A stretch of DNA of 64,000 nucleotides, from assembly GCA_046294625.1 (NCBI GenBank), contig JBKBKN010000004.1, forward strand, positions 69,982 through 133,981, written 5' to 3'. The DNA comes from Flavobacteriales bacterium (lineage in GTDB: Bacteria > Bacteroidota > Bacteroidia > M30B66). Shown here piece after piece: positions 40,327-47,625 of this stretch. Position 1 is the stretch's first letter, and each line of letters starts with the position of its first letter. Position numbers and translations under genes: made by a program. Below the pieces are notes generated by a model. That model was not told the DNA's origin. It did no database searches and saw nothing but the letters and a program-made list of their open reading frames with translations.

Positions 40327-41649
40327 TCAATCACTTTTTACAAACTTCAATGCTCGGCGCATGTGCTTATTATTTAAAATTATGTAATAGACTCCCGATT
40401 GTAGAAATGAAACATCGATTAAGGTACTTTGAAATCTTCTTAATTCGATGATAGATCTGGTGCATAAGTTGCCTTTTATGTCGTAGATAAACAGGTCAGC
40501 TTCACCATCAACATCGGCTGATGTGATGCTTAATTTGTCAGAAGCCGGATTAGGAAATAGGTTAAATGTTCCTACATGGGAAATTTCATTCAATCCGATC
40601 GGTGCATTGGTTGTATCCACCAATTCTTGTCTAAAGTTTTCTATGCAGAACCGCATGGCATTTATCTGACCTCGCGAAAACATATTCATGCAAGACTCAT
40701 CACTGTAATCCATGTAATTTTCTATCATATCCGGTAAATCTATCGGAGTATCCACACAAGTGTTGTTGGCATAATTGCATGTTTGCTGCGATGCGGCTGC
40801 TGCATTGGGTGTATCGTCTATGCCATCATCTGCATCACAGCCATTTCCGCCACCTACACCTCCTCCATCGCCCCATATATGCCTAAGGCCTAAATAGTGT
40901 CCAACTTCATGGGTTGTAGTTCTTCCTTTAGAGACCGCCGAAAGACTTGGCGGCAATAATGGATTGTCACTACCAAACACCTGATTATGAATCACCACGC
41001 CATCAAATTGTGGCTGAGATGCTGCAGATCCTGCCGGCCAATTGGGCGCCCCATCAGGTGGTGTGGCATACCCTAATATTAAAGGTGTTCCAAAAATAGA
41101 AAGATCGCCAACCCAGATGTTCAAATATCGGTTAGTAGGCCATGCATCTTTGCCTCCGGCAGAAGTTTGCTTAATATTATTGGTTACAACGGAGAGTGCA
41201 AAACTGGTGCTTGTCTGGGTTCTTGTAATTCCATTGGTAGGATTACCTTCCGGATCAATTCCTGCTAAATAAAACTCGATCCTGCTATCTGCTGCAACAG
41301 GCTTAAATACTTCGCGCGTTTCAGTAGTGTCCGGATTTTGCCTTCTAAAATCCTGATTCAAAATATTAATTTGATTCTGAATGATTGAATCATGAAGATT
41401 CGCATCTTCATTATTATATAGTATATGTATAACAACCGGAATTCTGTAAACAGTTTCGTTGCCATCTTTTCGCACAGATGCCGATGAAATTTGTTCGAGT
41501 GTTTGGTTGATCCTTTTTGCGTAGCCGGGTTGCTGCAATTCCCGATGTAGAATATACTCTTGACTAGCACAACGAACATATTGTTGGGCGTGATTCAAAC
41601 CAAAACAAAAAACTAGGAGAACGGAAAAAACTACAGTAAATTTTTGCAT
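40327..41649 (-). CDS. M43 (cytophagalysin/pappalysin-like) zinc metalloprotease with a T9SS C-terminal sorting domain
   Basis: Zinc site HEVGHYLGLRHIWGD. Signal peptide. C-terminal sorting domain LFPNPASDKLSI...GVYYIILNNKHMRRALKFVKSD. Confidence 0.9.
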   Translation of the reverse strand: MQKFTVVFSVLLVFCFGLNHAQQYVRCASQEYILHRELQQPGYAKRINQTLEQISSASVRKDGNETVYRIPVVIHILYNNEDANLHDSIIQNQINILNQDFRRQNPDTTETREVFKPVAADSRIEFYLAGIDPEGNPTNGITRTQTSTSFALSVVTNNIKQTSAGGKDAWPTNRYLNIWVGDLSIFGTPLILGYATPPDGAPNWPAGSAASQPQFDGVVIHNQVFGSDNPLLPPSLSAVSKGRTTTHEVGHYLGLRHIWGDGGGVGGGNGCDADDGIDDTPNAAAASQQTCNYANNTCVDTPIDLPDMIENYMDYSDESCMNMFSRGQINAMRFCIENFRQELVDTTNAPIGLNEISHVGTFNLFPNPASDKLSITSADVDGEADLFIYDIKGNLCTRSIIELRRFQSTLIDVSFLQSGVYYIILNNKHMRRALKFVKSD

Positions 41650-41701
41650 CTTTAAAACTTCATCGATGCAAATTAGTGTTTTTTATTTCAGAGAAAATAA
41701 T

Positions 41702-43180
41702 TTAGTGGAAAAACTTCTCCACTTCATTGGCCACCACTTGACCTGAAATGATCGATGGTGGTACACCGGGTCCTGGAACGGTCAGTTGACCTGCATAAAA
41801 AAGGTTTTTCACTTTCTTGCTTTTTAAAGAAGGTTTTAAAATGGCTGTTTGGTTAAGTGTGTTTGCAAGGCCATAAGCATTTCCTTTAAAGGCATGATAA
41901 TCAGCAATAAAATCGCTATGAGCGAAAGTTCGCATATAAACAATTTTAGAACGGATATCCTGTTGGCAATATTTCTCCATTCGATCCATTACTAAATTGA
42001 AATAGCGAATTCGAAGTTCTTCATCATCCCCATCCAGTCCGGTAGCTGCGGGAATCAATACAAACATGTTTTCCATTCCTTCGGGAGCGCCTGATGCATC
42101 TGTTTTGGTAGTAAGTGAAACATAAAACAGGGGATCTTCTGGCCATCGGGGTTCCGTGTAGATTTCATGAGCATGCCGCTCAAAAGGCCTATCAAAAAAT
42201 AAAGTATGGTGAGGAAGCTTGTTTACCGGCTCACTCAATCCAACATAATAAAGTAATGAAGATGGAGCCATTACCCTTTTTTCCCAATACTTTTCGGTGT
42301 AACTTCTTTTCTCCTTTGGCAACAAATTGGCTTCTGCATGGTGATAATCAGCGCCTGCAACTACTAAATCAGCGGTAAAATCCCCTTTGTGCGTTCTGAC
42401 TTTTGTAATATTACCTAAAGCATCAAACTCGTAGCCTTTTACTTCGTGAGATAATTTAATCGTCACACCTTGACTTTCGGCAATTGAAACCATAGCTTCT
42501 ACAATCCTATGCATTCCGCCAATGGGATACCATGTTCCTAATTTAATATCGGCATAATTCATTAAGCTGTATAGAGCAGGAGTGTTTTGAGGAGTTGCGC
42601 CAAGAAACAATACCGGAAATTCGAGTAACTCAATCAAGCGCGGATGACTGGTGAATCGACGAATATGCTTCGACATACTTGTGAATACATCTAACTTGAA
42701 CACACCGGTAATTAATTCGATATCCAAAAATTCTGTAAGCGATCGGCTTGGTTTATAGACCAATTTGTTGATGCCGACTTCATATTTGTAAGCAGCTTCA
42801 TCTAAAAAACTTTTGATTCGCTCTCCGGCACCTGGTTCAAATGCATCACACATTGCCATAAACTGCTGGAAATCAGCCGGTATATCAGTAGATTCATTCT
42901 CTGACCAAACTACTTTATAGGATGGATCAAGGCGTTTCAATTCATAAAAATCAGTAACAGATTTACCAAATAAGTTGAAATACCTTTCAAATACGTCGGG
43001 CATCCAATACCAACTGGGGCCCATATCAAAGGTGAAGCCTTCTGCACTAAACTTGCGAGCTCTTCCTCCTGCAATATCATTCTTTTCTAATATAGTGACC
43101 TTGAAGCCTTTTTTAGCCAAACATGCAGCTGCGGAAAGGCCTGCAAAACCTGCACCAATTACAATAATATGTTTATTCAT
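41702..43180 (-). CDS. crtI: Phytoene desaturase
   Basis: FAD-binding fold IIVIGAGFAGLSAAACLAKKGFKVTILEKNDIAGGRAR. 492 aa. C-terminal GQLTVPGPGVPPSIISG. Confidence 0.9.
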   Translation of the reverse strand: MNKHIIVIGAGFAGLSAAACLAKKGFKVTILEKNDIAGGRARKFSAEGFTFDMGPSWYWMPDVFERYFNLFGKSVTDFYELKRLDPSYKVVWSENESTDIPADFQQFMAMCDAFEPGAGERIKSFLDEAAYKYEVGINKLVYKPSRSLTEFLDIELITGVFKLDVFTSMSKHIRRFTSHPRLIELLEFPVLFLGATPQNTPALYSLMNYADIKLGTWYPIGGMHRIVEAMVSIAESQGVTIKLSHEVKGYEFDALGNITKVRTHKGDFTADLVVAGADYHHAEANLLPKEKRSYTEKYWEKRVMAPSSLLYYVGLSEPVNKLPHHTLFFDRPFERHAHEIYTEPRWPEDPLFYVSLTTKTDASGAPEGMENMFVLIPAATGLDGDDEELRIRYFNLVMDRMEKYCQQDIRSKIVYMRTFAHSDFIADYHAFKGNAYGLANTLNQTAILKPSLKSKKVKNLFYAGQLTVPGPGVPPSIISGQVVANEVEKFFH

Positions 43181-43238
43181 CTGAGTAGCTTAAGCCTGAT
43201 TAAGCAAACATCAAAAGTGATGCTTTGTTGAAGAAACA

Positions 43239-43465
43239 CCATTTCATGTGTATATAATTTGGTTTTTAATAGGTCACATGGAATGTCCTGATATTCATCC
43301 CCGGTTGGTATGAGCTTATTCTTATGGACATTTCATCTGTGAGTTATTTTATTTTTAGTGGCTCCGATAACTATCGGGGTGCTATGTCCGGCCTTCACGG
43401 GGGGAGAATTTCTTAGTATGCATTTTCGTTTAGTTTGAGTTTGCTCTTAAGGACATTTCATGTGG
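43239..43465. repeat. Four copies of a roughly 14-bp motif, GGACATTTCATGTG, upstream of crtI
   Basis: Copies at 43239-43250 (partial), 43275-43288 (inverted, 13 of 14), 43326-43341 (one inserted base) and 43451-43465 (exact). Confidence 0.6.
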
Positions 43466-43519
43466 TAATAAAAAAGAAAAGCCTCCAAAAAGCAGGCTCT
43501 ACAATAGGTTTAGATCAAA

Positions 43520-44752
43520 TTATTGTCTGATGACTTTGTAGCTTCTGGTAGTTTCTTTTGTACTGATTTGAATGATATACAAACCTTTAGAATATTTACC
43601 TAAGTCAAGTTGCTGACGGAAAGGTTTATCAGTTGCAACATTAAGACGTTCGCTGATCACTTTTTGACCCAAGTTGTTAAATACGCCTATTTCAACCATG
43701 TTGTCGCTCACGCCATTGATAAATTCAAGTGTAAGGAAATCAGTGACTGGGTTAGGATAAATATTTTACACCTTAAGTGACGATTTGTGTTACCCCTTCG
43801 TTTTGAGCAAATCTTGCTGAGCTGCTCAGGCATCCCGGTTGAGTAACTACAACTCCGTCCACATCATAACCATCCTGATTGTTGCCGTTGCCAAAGTTAG
43901 CTGGGTTTGAAATATCGGTTATTCTGATGTATTGAATTGGCCCTTTGCCATTCAAGTCAAGAAAACCATCTAAACAAACTTCGCCGATTGTGAACCAATT
44001 TACTAAATCCAAAGAACCATCAACTCTCGCTCTTTCAGGATATAAGTTGCAGGTTTGTGGACCAAATGATGTTTCTACAATTTCAAGGTCATTGCCCGGC
44101 TTGTCGAATATCACGCAAGAGAACCCAAGAGTTAATGAACCACCATATCCTAAAGAAACAAAGTTTAAGTTATCCACTCTTTGATGTGCACCTAAGGCTT
44201 TAGTTGCATCTTGTCTTTCAGCCAAAGGAGCCGGAGCATTCTTTCTTGGACCTGGGGCATATTCAACTACAAAAGTAGCATACTGACAATCGAGCGTCTG
44301 CAACACAGGGTCTGACTCAAATCCATTTAAACATTCCACACCATCCAGATCTTAACCATCGGCAATATGGCCTACATTAGCAAATGCGCCAATTGGAATT
44401 GTATCGATTAGTCTAATGTACTGCGACCATTCAAGTCCGCCATTAGCGAAATCAAATTCTGTGTCTTGACAGCCGCCTCCGATAAATTTCCAGCTGCAGC
44501 CATCCTGAGAAGCAAATACATTAATCGACTCTGGGTACGTATTGCAATTTTGTGTCCATGGAGAGAAAGTTGTCTTCCATACTTTAATGTCATTACCATG
44601 TCCATTCTTAATAGGAAGGATAAATTTGAGTGTAATCTGACCTCCGAAGCCTAAGGCTACAAAGTTTACATTCTCATCAGATGTGTTTGCGTCGCTACGC
44701 TCATGCTCGCCCAGCGCTTTTTCAGAATTTGCTCTTAACACCGGAATATCTT
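43520..44752 (-). pseudogene. 3' portion of a disrupted T9SS-cargo gene: two tandem ~125-aa domains plus a T9SS CTD
   Basis: No signal peptide or start codon. In-frame TAA at 44354-44352 between two homologous domains (NFVALGFGGQITLKF... and NFVSLGYGGSLTLGF...). A frameshift near 43770 precedes an intact-looking CTD (IYPNPVTDFLTLEFINGV...GLYIIQISTKETTRSYKVIRQ). Confidence 0.8.
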
Positions 44753-44815
44753 AGCCATTAGTTGGGCGTCATTGTAAAGAAACCGCAGCCAGGACAGAGA
44801 ATCAACATAAAATGC

Positions 44816-44823
44816 TAACTTTG
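44816..44823 (+). promoter_or_regulatory. Candidate -7 promoter box (TAACTTTG) for the endonuclease gene
   Basis: TAnnTTTG match 24 nt upstream of ATG 44848. Confidence 0.45.
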
Positions 44824-44847
44824 CTACTTTAAAAATGACACGATTTG

Positions 44848-45612
44848 ATGAAAAATAAATACGTAAACTTTATAACTGACGAACACTTGTTGACCTGTAT
44901 AGGGAATCTCCACAATGCATATTTGAAGACGAAAAACAACATCACAAAGAAAAACTTCTACTCAAACAAAGTTGACACAATCAAACTGACTTTCGACTCA
45001 AAATTCAATGACATTGACGAAGAAAAATTAATTCAATCAGAGATATTAAGACAGATCGACAAATCAATTAATAATTCAATCGGAACTTTTCACGAACAAA
45101 TTTTGGGCGGAATAAAAGGATTTGAAGCAGGAAACTTGAGCGGTTATGATATCAAAGCAACTGACAATACTCTATTTGCAGACATAAAAAACAAACACAA
45201 CACAATGAATAGTAGTGCAGCCGAAGCACTCTTTCAGAAATTAAAACGATATGCAGACGATTACAAACAAGCAAAATGTTATTGGGTGCAAATCCTTGCA
45301 AAAGGTAGTTTTTGTGAATTATGGAGCGGTGACATAAATGGGAAAGAATACAGTCATAGTAGAGTTTATAAAATTTCAGGAGACCAGTTTTATGCTTTAC
45401 TATCAGGACAACAAGATGCAATGCTTCAATTATACAAAGCTCTTTCAAGTGCAATCAAAGACTATCTAAAATCAGTTGAAAAGACCGAAGAAATTGCTGA
45501 AAACTCTGCATTAGAAGAAATTAAATCAGAAATTAAAACAAGCAAAAGAACTGTATTAGACCAAATTACTTTTGAGAATTACAGCTACTATCTTGGCTTT
45601 GACAAGTTGTAG
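44848..45612 (+). CDS. Type II restriction endonuclease, PD-(D/E)XK fold (possibly Eco47II/Sau96I-like)
   Basis: Convergent with, and overlapping, an m5C methyltransferase gene. Candidate catalytic GYDI...FADIKNKHNTMNS (D...D-x-K). The family assignment is from memory only. ATG 44848 is preferred over TTG 44845. Confidence 0.6.
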   Translation: MKNKYVNFITDEHLLTCIGNLHNAYLKTKNNITKKNFYSNKVDTIKLTFDSKFNDIDEEKLIQSEILRQIDKSINNSIGTFHEQILGGIKGFEAGNLSGYDIKATDNTLFADIKNKHNTMNSSAAEALFQKLKRYADDYKQAKCYWVQILAKGSFCELWSGDINGKEYSHSRVYKISGDQFYALLSGQQDAMLQLYKALSSAIKDYLKSVEKTEEIAENSALEEIKSEIKTSKRTVLDQITFENYSYYLGFDKL

Positions 45613-46832
45613 TATTGATTCAAGAACTTAACAATCGAATAACCTACCTCTGTGCCTAAATTAACGGGAACAGCATTTCCAATTTGTTTGTATTGTTGAG
45701 CCATTGAACCCTCAAAAGTCCAATCATCGGGAAAAGTTTGGATACGAGCATATTCTCTAACTGTAAAAGGACGAGTTTCTTCAGGATGACACCTTTCAGT
45801 CTGTTTTTGAGCAGGACTGCAAGTTAAAGTTAAACAAGGTTCGTCCCAACCAATTCTGCGTGCAATTCCAGTTTTGCCACCGCCTAAATGAAAACTTCCA
45901 CCCATAAATTGTTTTTGAATATCAAGTGGTAAATCACGCCAATATCCCTTCTGTGGAACTAAATCTAAAACAGCTTTTTTGCTTTGTGGGTATTTAGCAC
46001 CAGGCGACTTTGGAACATTGGTATCGTAAAGTTCGCCTTTCTTTAAAGCATCTTCTAAATTATAGATTTTATTGTGCGGTTTAGGATATTCATATTTCAA
46101 ATCAATATCTTTTCTAACACCAACCAATATTAAACGCTCACGTTTTTGTGGCACTTTATAATTTATGGCTTTTAAGACTTGAACAGGCTCAACATTATAG
46201 CCTATTTCATCTAAAATTAAAATCATACCTTGCAAAGTTTTTCCATTCTCGTGACTAAGTAAACCACGGACATTTTCGCCAATACAAATTGGTGGGTTAA
46301 CTTCTTTGACAACTCTTGCAAACTCATAAAATAAAGTTCCTCTTGCATCAGCAAGACCAAGTTTTTTCCCTGCATAGCTAAACGCCTGACAAGGAAAACC
46401 CCCAGTTACAACATCAACTGAATTATGATACTCTGTAAAGTCAAAATCTTTAATATCGCCCTCCAAGACTTTCCAATTTGGACGGTTTTTTCGCAATGTT
46501 TGACAAGCCCACTTATCAATCTCATTCAATGCGACACATTTCAATCCGGCTTTTTCCAAACCAATTGCCAAACCACCGGCTCCGGCAAATAATTCTAATA
46601 CAGTATATTCATTGTGCGGTTCAACATAGTTAGAAACAGTATCTTCTAAATCGTGACTAAAAAAATCAGCAAAAAGCGTTTCGACTTGTTCTCGTTTATA
46701 AACACGGTAATTACTCATAGGCTCACGGACAGCGGACAATTTACCTTCCCTATCCCAACGTCTAAGCGTTTCTTTGCTTTTACCAATAAGTTCAGATGCT
46801 TCGGACAGCGACAAATATTCTTTCATAACCAA
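45588..46832 (-). CDS. DNA (cytosine-5)-methyltransferase with an N-terminal MerR/excisionase-type HTH domain
   Basis: Motif I ELFAGAGGLAIG, IV GGFPCQAFS, VI ENVRGL, VIII QKRERLILVG, X GNAVPV. N-terminal LSLSEASELIGKSKETLRRWDREGKLSAVREPMSNYRVY. Confidence 0.93.
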   Translation of the reverse strand: MVMKEYLSLSEASELIGKSKETLRRWDREGKLSAVREPMSNYRVYKREQVETLFADFFSHDLEDTVSNYVEPHNEYTVLELFAGAGGLAIGLEKAGLKCVALNEIDKWACQTLRKNRPNWKVLEGDIKDFDFTEYHNSVDVVTGGFPCQAFSYAGKKLGLADARGTLFYEFARVVKEVNPPICIGENVRGLLSHENGKTLQGMILILDEIGYNVEPVQVLKAINYKVPQKRERLILVGVRKDIDLKYEYPKPHNKIYNLEDALKKGELYDTNVPKSPGAKYPQSKKAVLDLVPQKGYWRDLPLDIQKQFMGGSFHLGGGKTGIARRIGWDEPCLTLTCSPAQKQTERCHPEETRPFTVREYARIQTFPDDWTFEGSMAQQYKQIGNAVPVNLGTEVGYSIVKFLNQYYNLSKPR

Positions 46833-46856
46833 GTTGTTTAACCTTACACAATGGTT

Positions 46857-46864
46857 ACAAATTT
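46857..46864 (-). promoter_or_regulatory. Candidate -7 promoter box (TAAATTTG on the minus strand) for the methyltransferase gene
   Basis: TAnnTTTG match 24 nt upstream of ATG 46832. The inverted hexamers TAACCA (46826-46831) and TGGTTA (46851-46856) lie between the box and the start codon. Confidence 0.4.
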
Positions 46865-46918
46865 ACGACTAAAAATGAAACAGACAACAACGAAAGGAAA
46901 AAACAACGAACGCCCAAC

Positions 46919-47037
46919 AGCCGTTTTGCAAAAGCGGGGGTTTCGTGCTTCTATGAAAGTGAAGTGCTAAATTCAAGCTTTGTGCGTCTAATGAAGTTTA
47001 GTGCAGAAAATCCCCGCCTTCGCAAAGCGGCAAAACG
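46919..47037. repeat. Imperfect ~24-bp inverted repeats enclosing ~65 bp (long hairpin or MITE-like element)
   Basis: CGTTTTGCAAAAGCGGGGGTTT pairs with AAATCCCCGCCTTCGC..GCAAAACG. The interior holds a direct near-repeat, GCTTCTATGAAAGTGAAGTGC and GCGTCTAATGAAGTTTAGTGC. Confidence 0.5.
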
Positions 47038-47340
47038 ATCTTTTAACGGGAACACAAGAAATTACTTCTGATGCATAACACCCCGGAACAACACCTAGAT
47101 CCCATCCTCCAATAGAACTTCCAAGTCAAGGTGCGCCTGAACCGCATTTTGAGCTATCCAAATCAACTGTGCGTTTTCAGGATTACTGGATGGGTTATGG
47201 CAAACCAATACTTTTTGACTGTTTCCGTTGCCATTGCCATTGCCGTTACCATTGACTCTCTAAGCAATTGCTTCGTGGGTAGTAATTCCTGCCAATATGG
47301 TGGCGGAAATCACAATTTAATGTTTTAGGTTTTTCCTGAT
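47038..47340 (-). pseudogene. 5' portion of the same disrupted T9SS-cargo gene (signal peptide, NG linker, CH motif domain)
   Basis: The minus strand reads KNLKH*IVISATILAGITTHEAIA*RVNGNGNGNGNGNSQKVLVCHNPSSNPENAQLIWIAQNAVQAHLDL. After a frameshift near 47125 it reads GSSIGGWDLGVVPGCYASEVISCVPVKR. In-frame stops at 47319-47317 and 47262-47260. Confidence 0.65.
47221..47253 (-). repeat. Hexanucleotide tandem repeat encoding (Asn-Gly)n
   Basis: GTTTCC GTTGCC ATTGCC ATTGCC GTTACC on the plus strand, reading NGNGNGNGNGN on the minus strand. Confidence 0.8.
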
Positions 47341-47565
47341 TAATTGATTTAAATTATTGTTAAATGTACAGTATTTTAATATTCCTTACATATGATTTTA
47401 ATCGTTTTTTTACCACCATTTAATCCGGTCGAAGAAAATGAATTTACATCTCACTGATTTAGTATTGATTATGACTAAATGCCAAGAAGATTATTTTTGA
47501 ATATATAAAAAAACTTTCAATCATTTTGCAACCTATTTCCTAGTTGCGAGTAAACAGACTTATCC

Positions 47566-47600
47566 AAAAAAAGCGGGGCTTGAATATTTCAAGCCCCGCT
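47566..47600 (-). terminator. Rho-independent terminator of the giant gene
   Basis: On the minus strand: GCGGGGCTT, loop GAAATATTC, AAGCCCCGC, then TTTTTTT, starting about 25 nt after the stop codon. Confidence 0.85.
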
Positions 47601-47625
47601 TTCATCAATTATTAATTAATCACAA

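Larger units (their letters stand above)
44753..47037. mobile_element. Inserted type II restriction-modification cassette (no recombinase gene present)
   Basis: It interrupts one reading frame of the flanking pseudogene. It is AT-richer by eye. ATCTT occurs at both junctions (44748-44752 and 47038-47042). Inverted GTTGGGCGT at 44761-44769 and 46909-46917. Confidence 0.55.

Noticed and set aside
44352-44354. In-frame TAA between the two tandem domains, read as possible programmed readthrough or as a boundary between two real genes.
   Set aside because: The downstream part has no start codon context or signal peptide. The locus also has other stops, frameshifts and a 2.3-kb insertion. A nonsense mutation in a pseudogene is the simplest reading.
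47221-47253. The NG-encoding hexanucleotide repeat as a phase- or length-variable switch.
   Set aside because: The unit length is a multiple of three, so slippage would not change the frame. The gene is already inactivated.
47131-47328. 65-aa plus-strand ORF (MRLNRILSYPNQLCVF...).
   Set aside because: It is antisense to the recognisable N-terminal remnant of the split cargo gene. Its (AI)n stretch is simply the complement of the NG hexanucleotide repeat.
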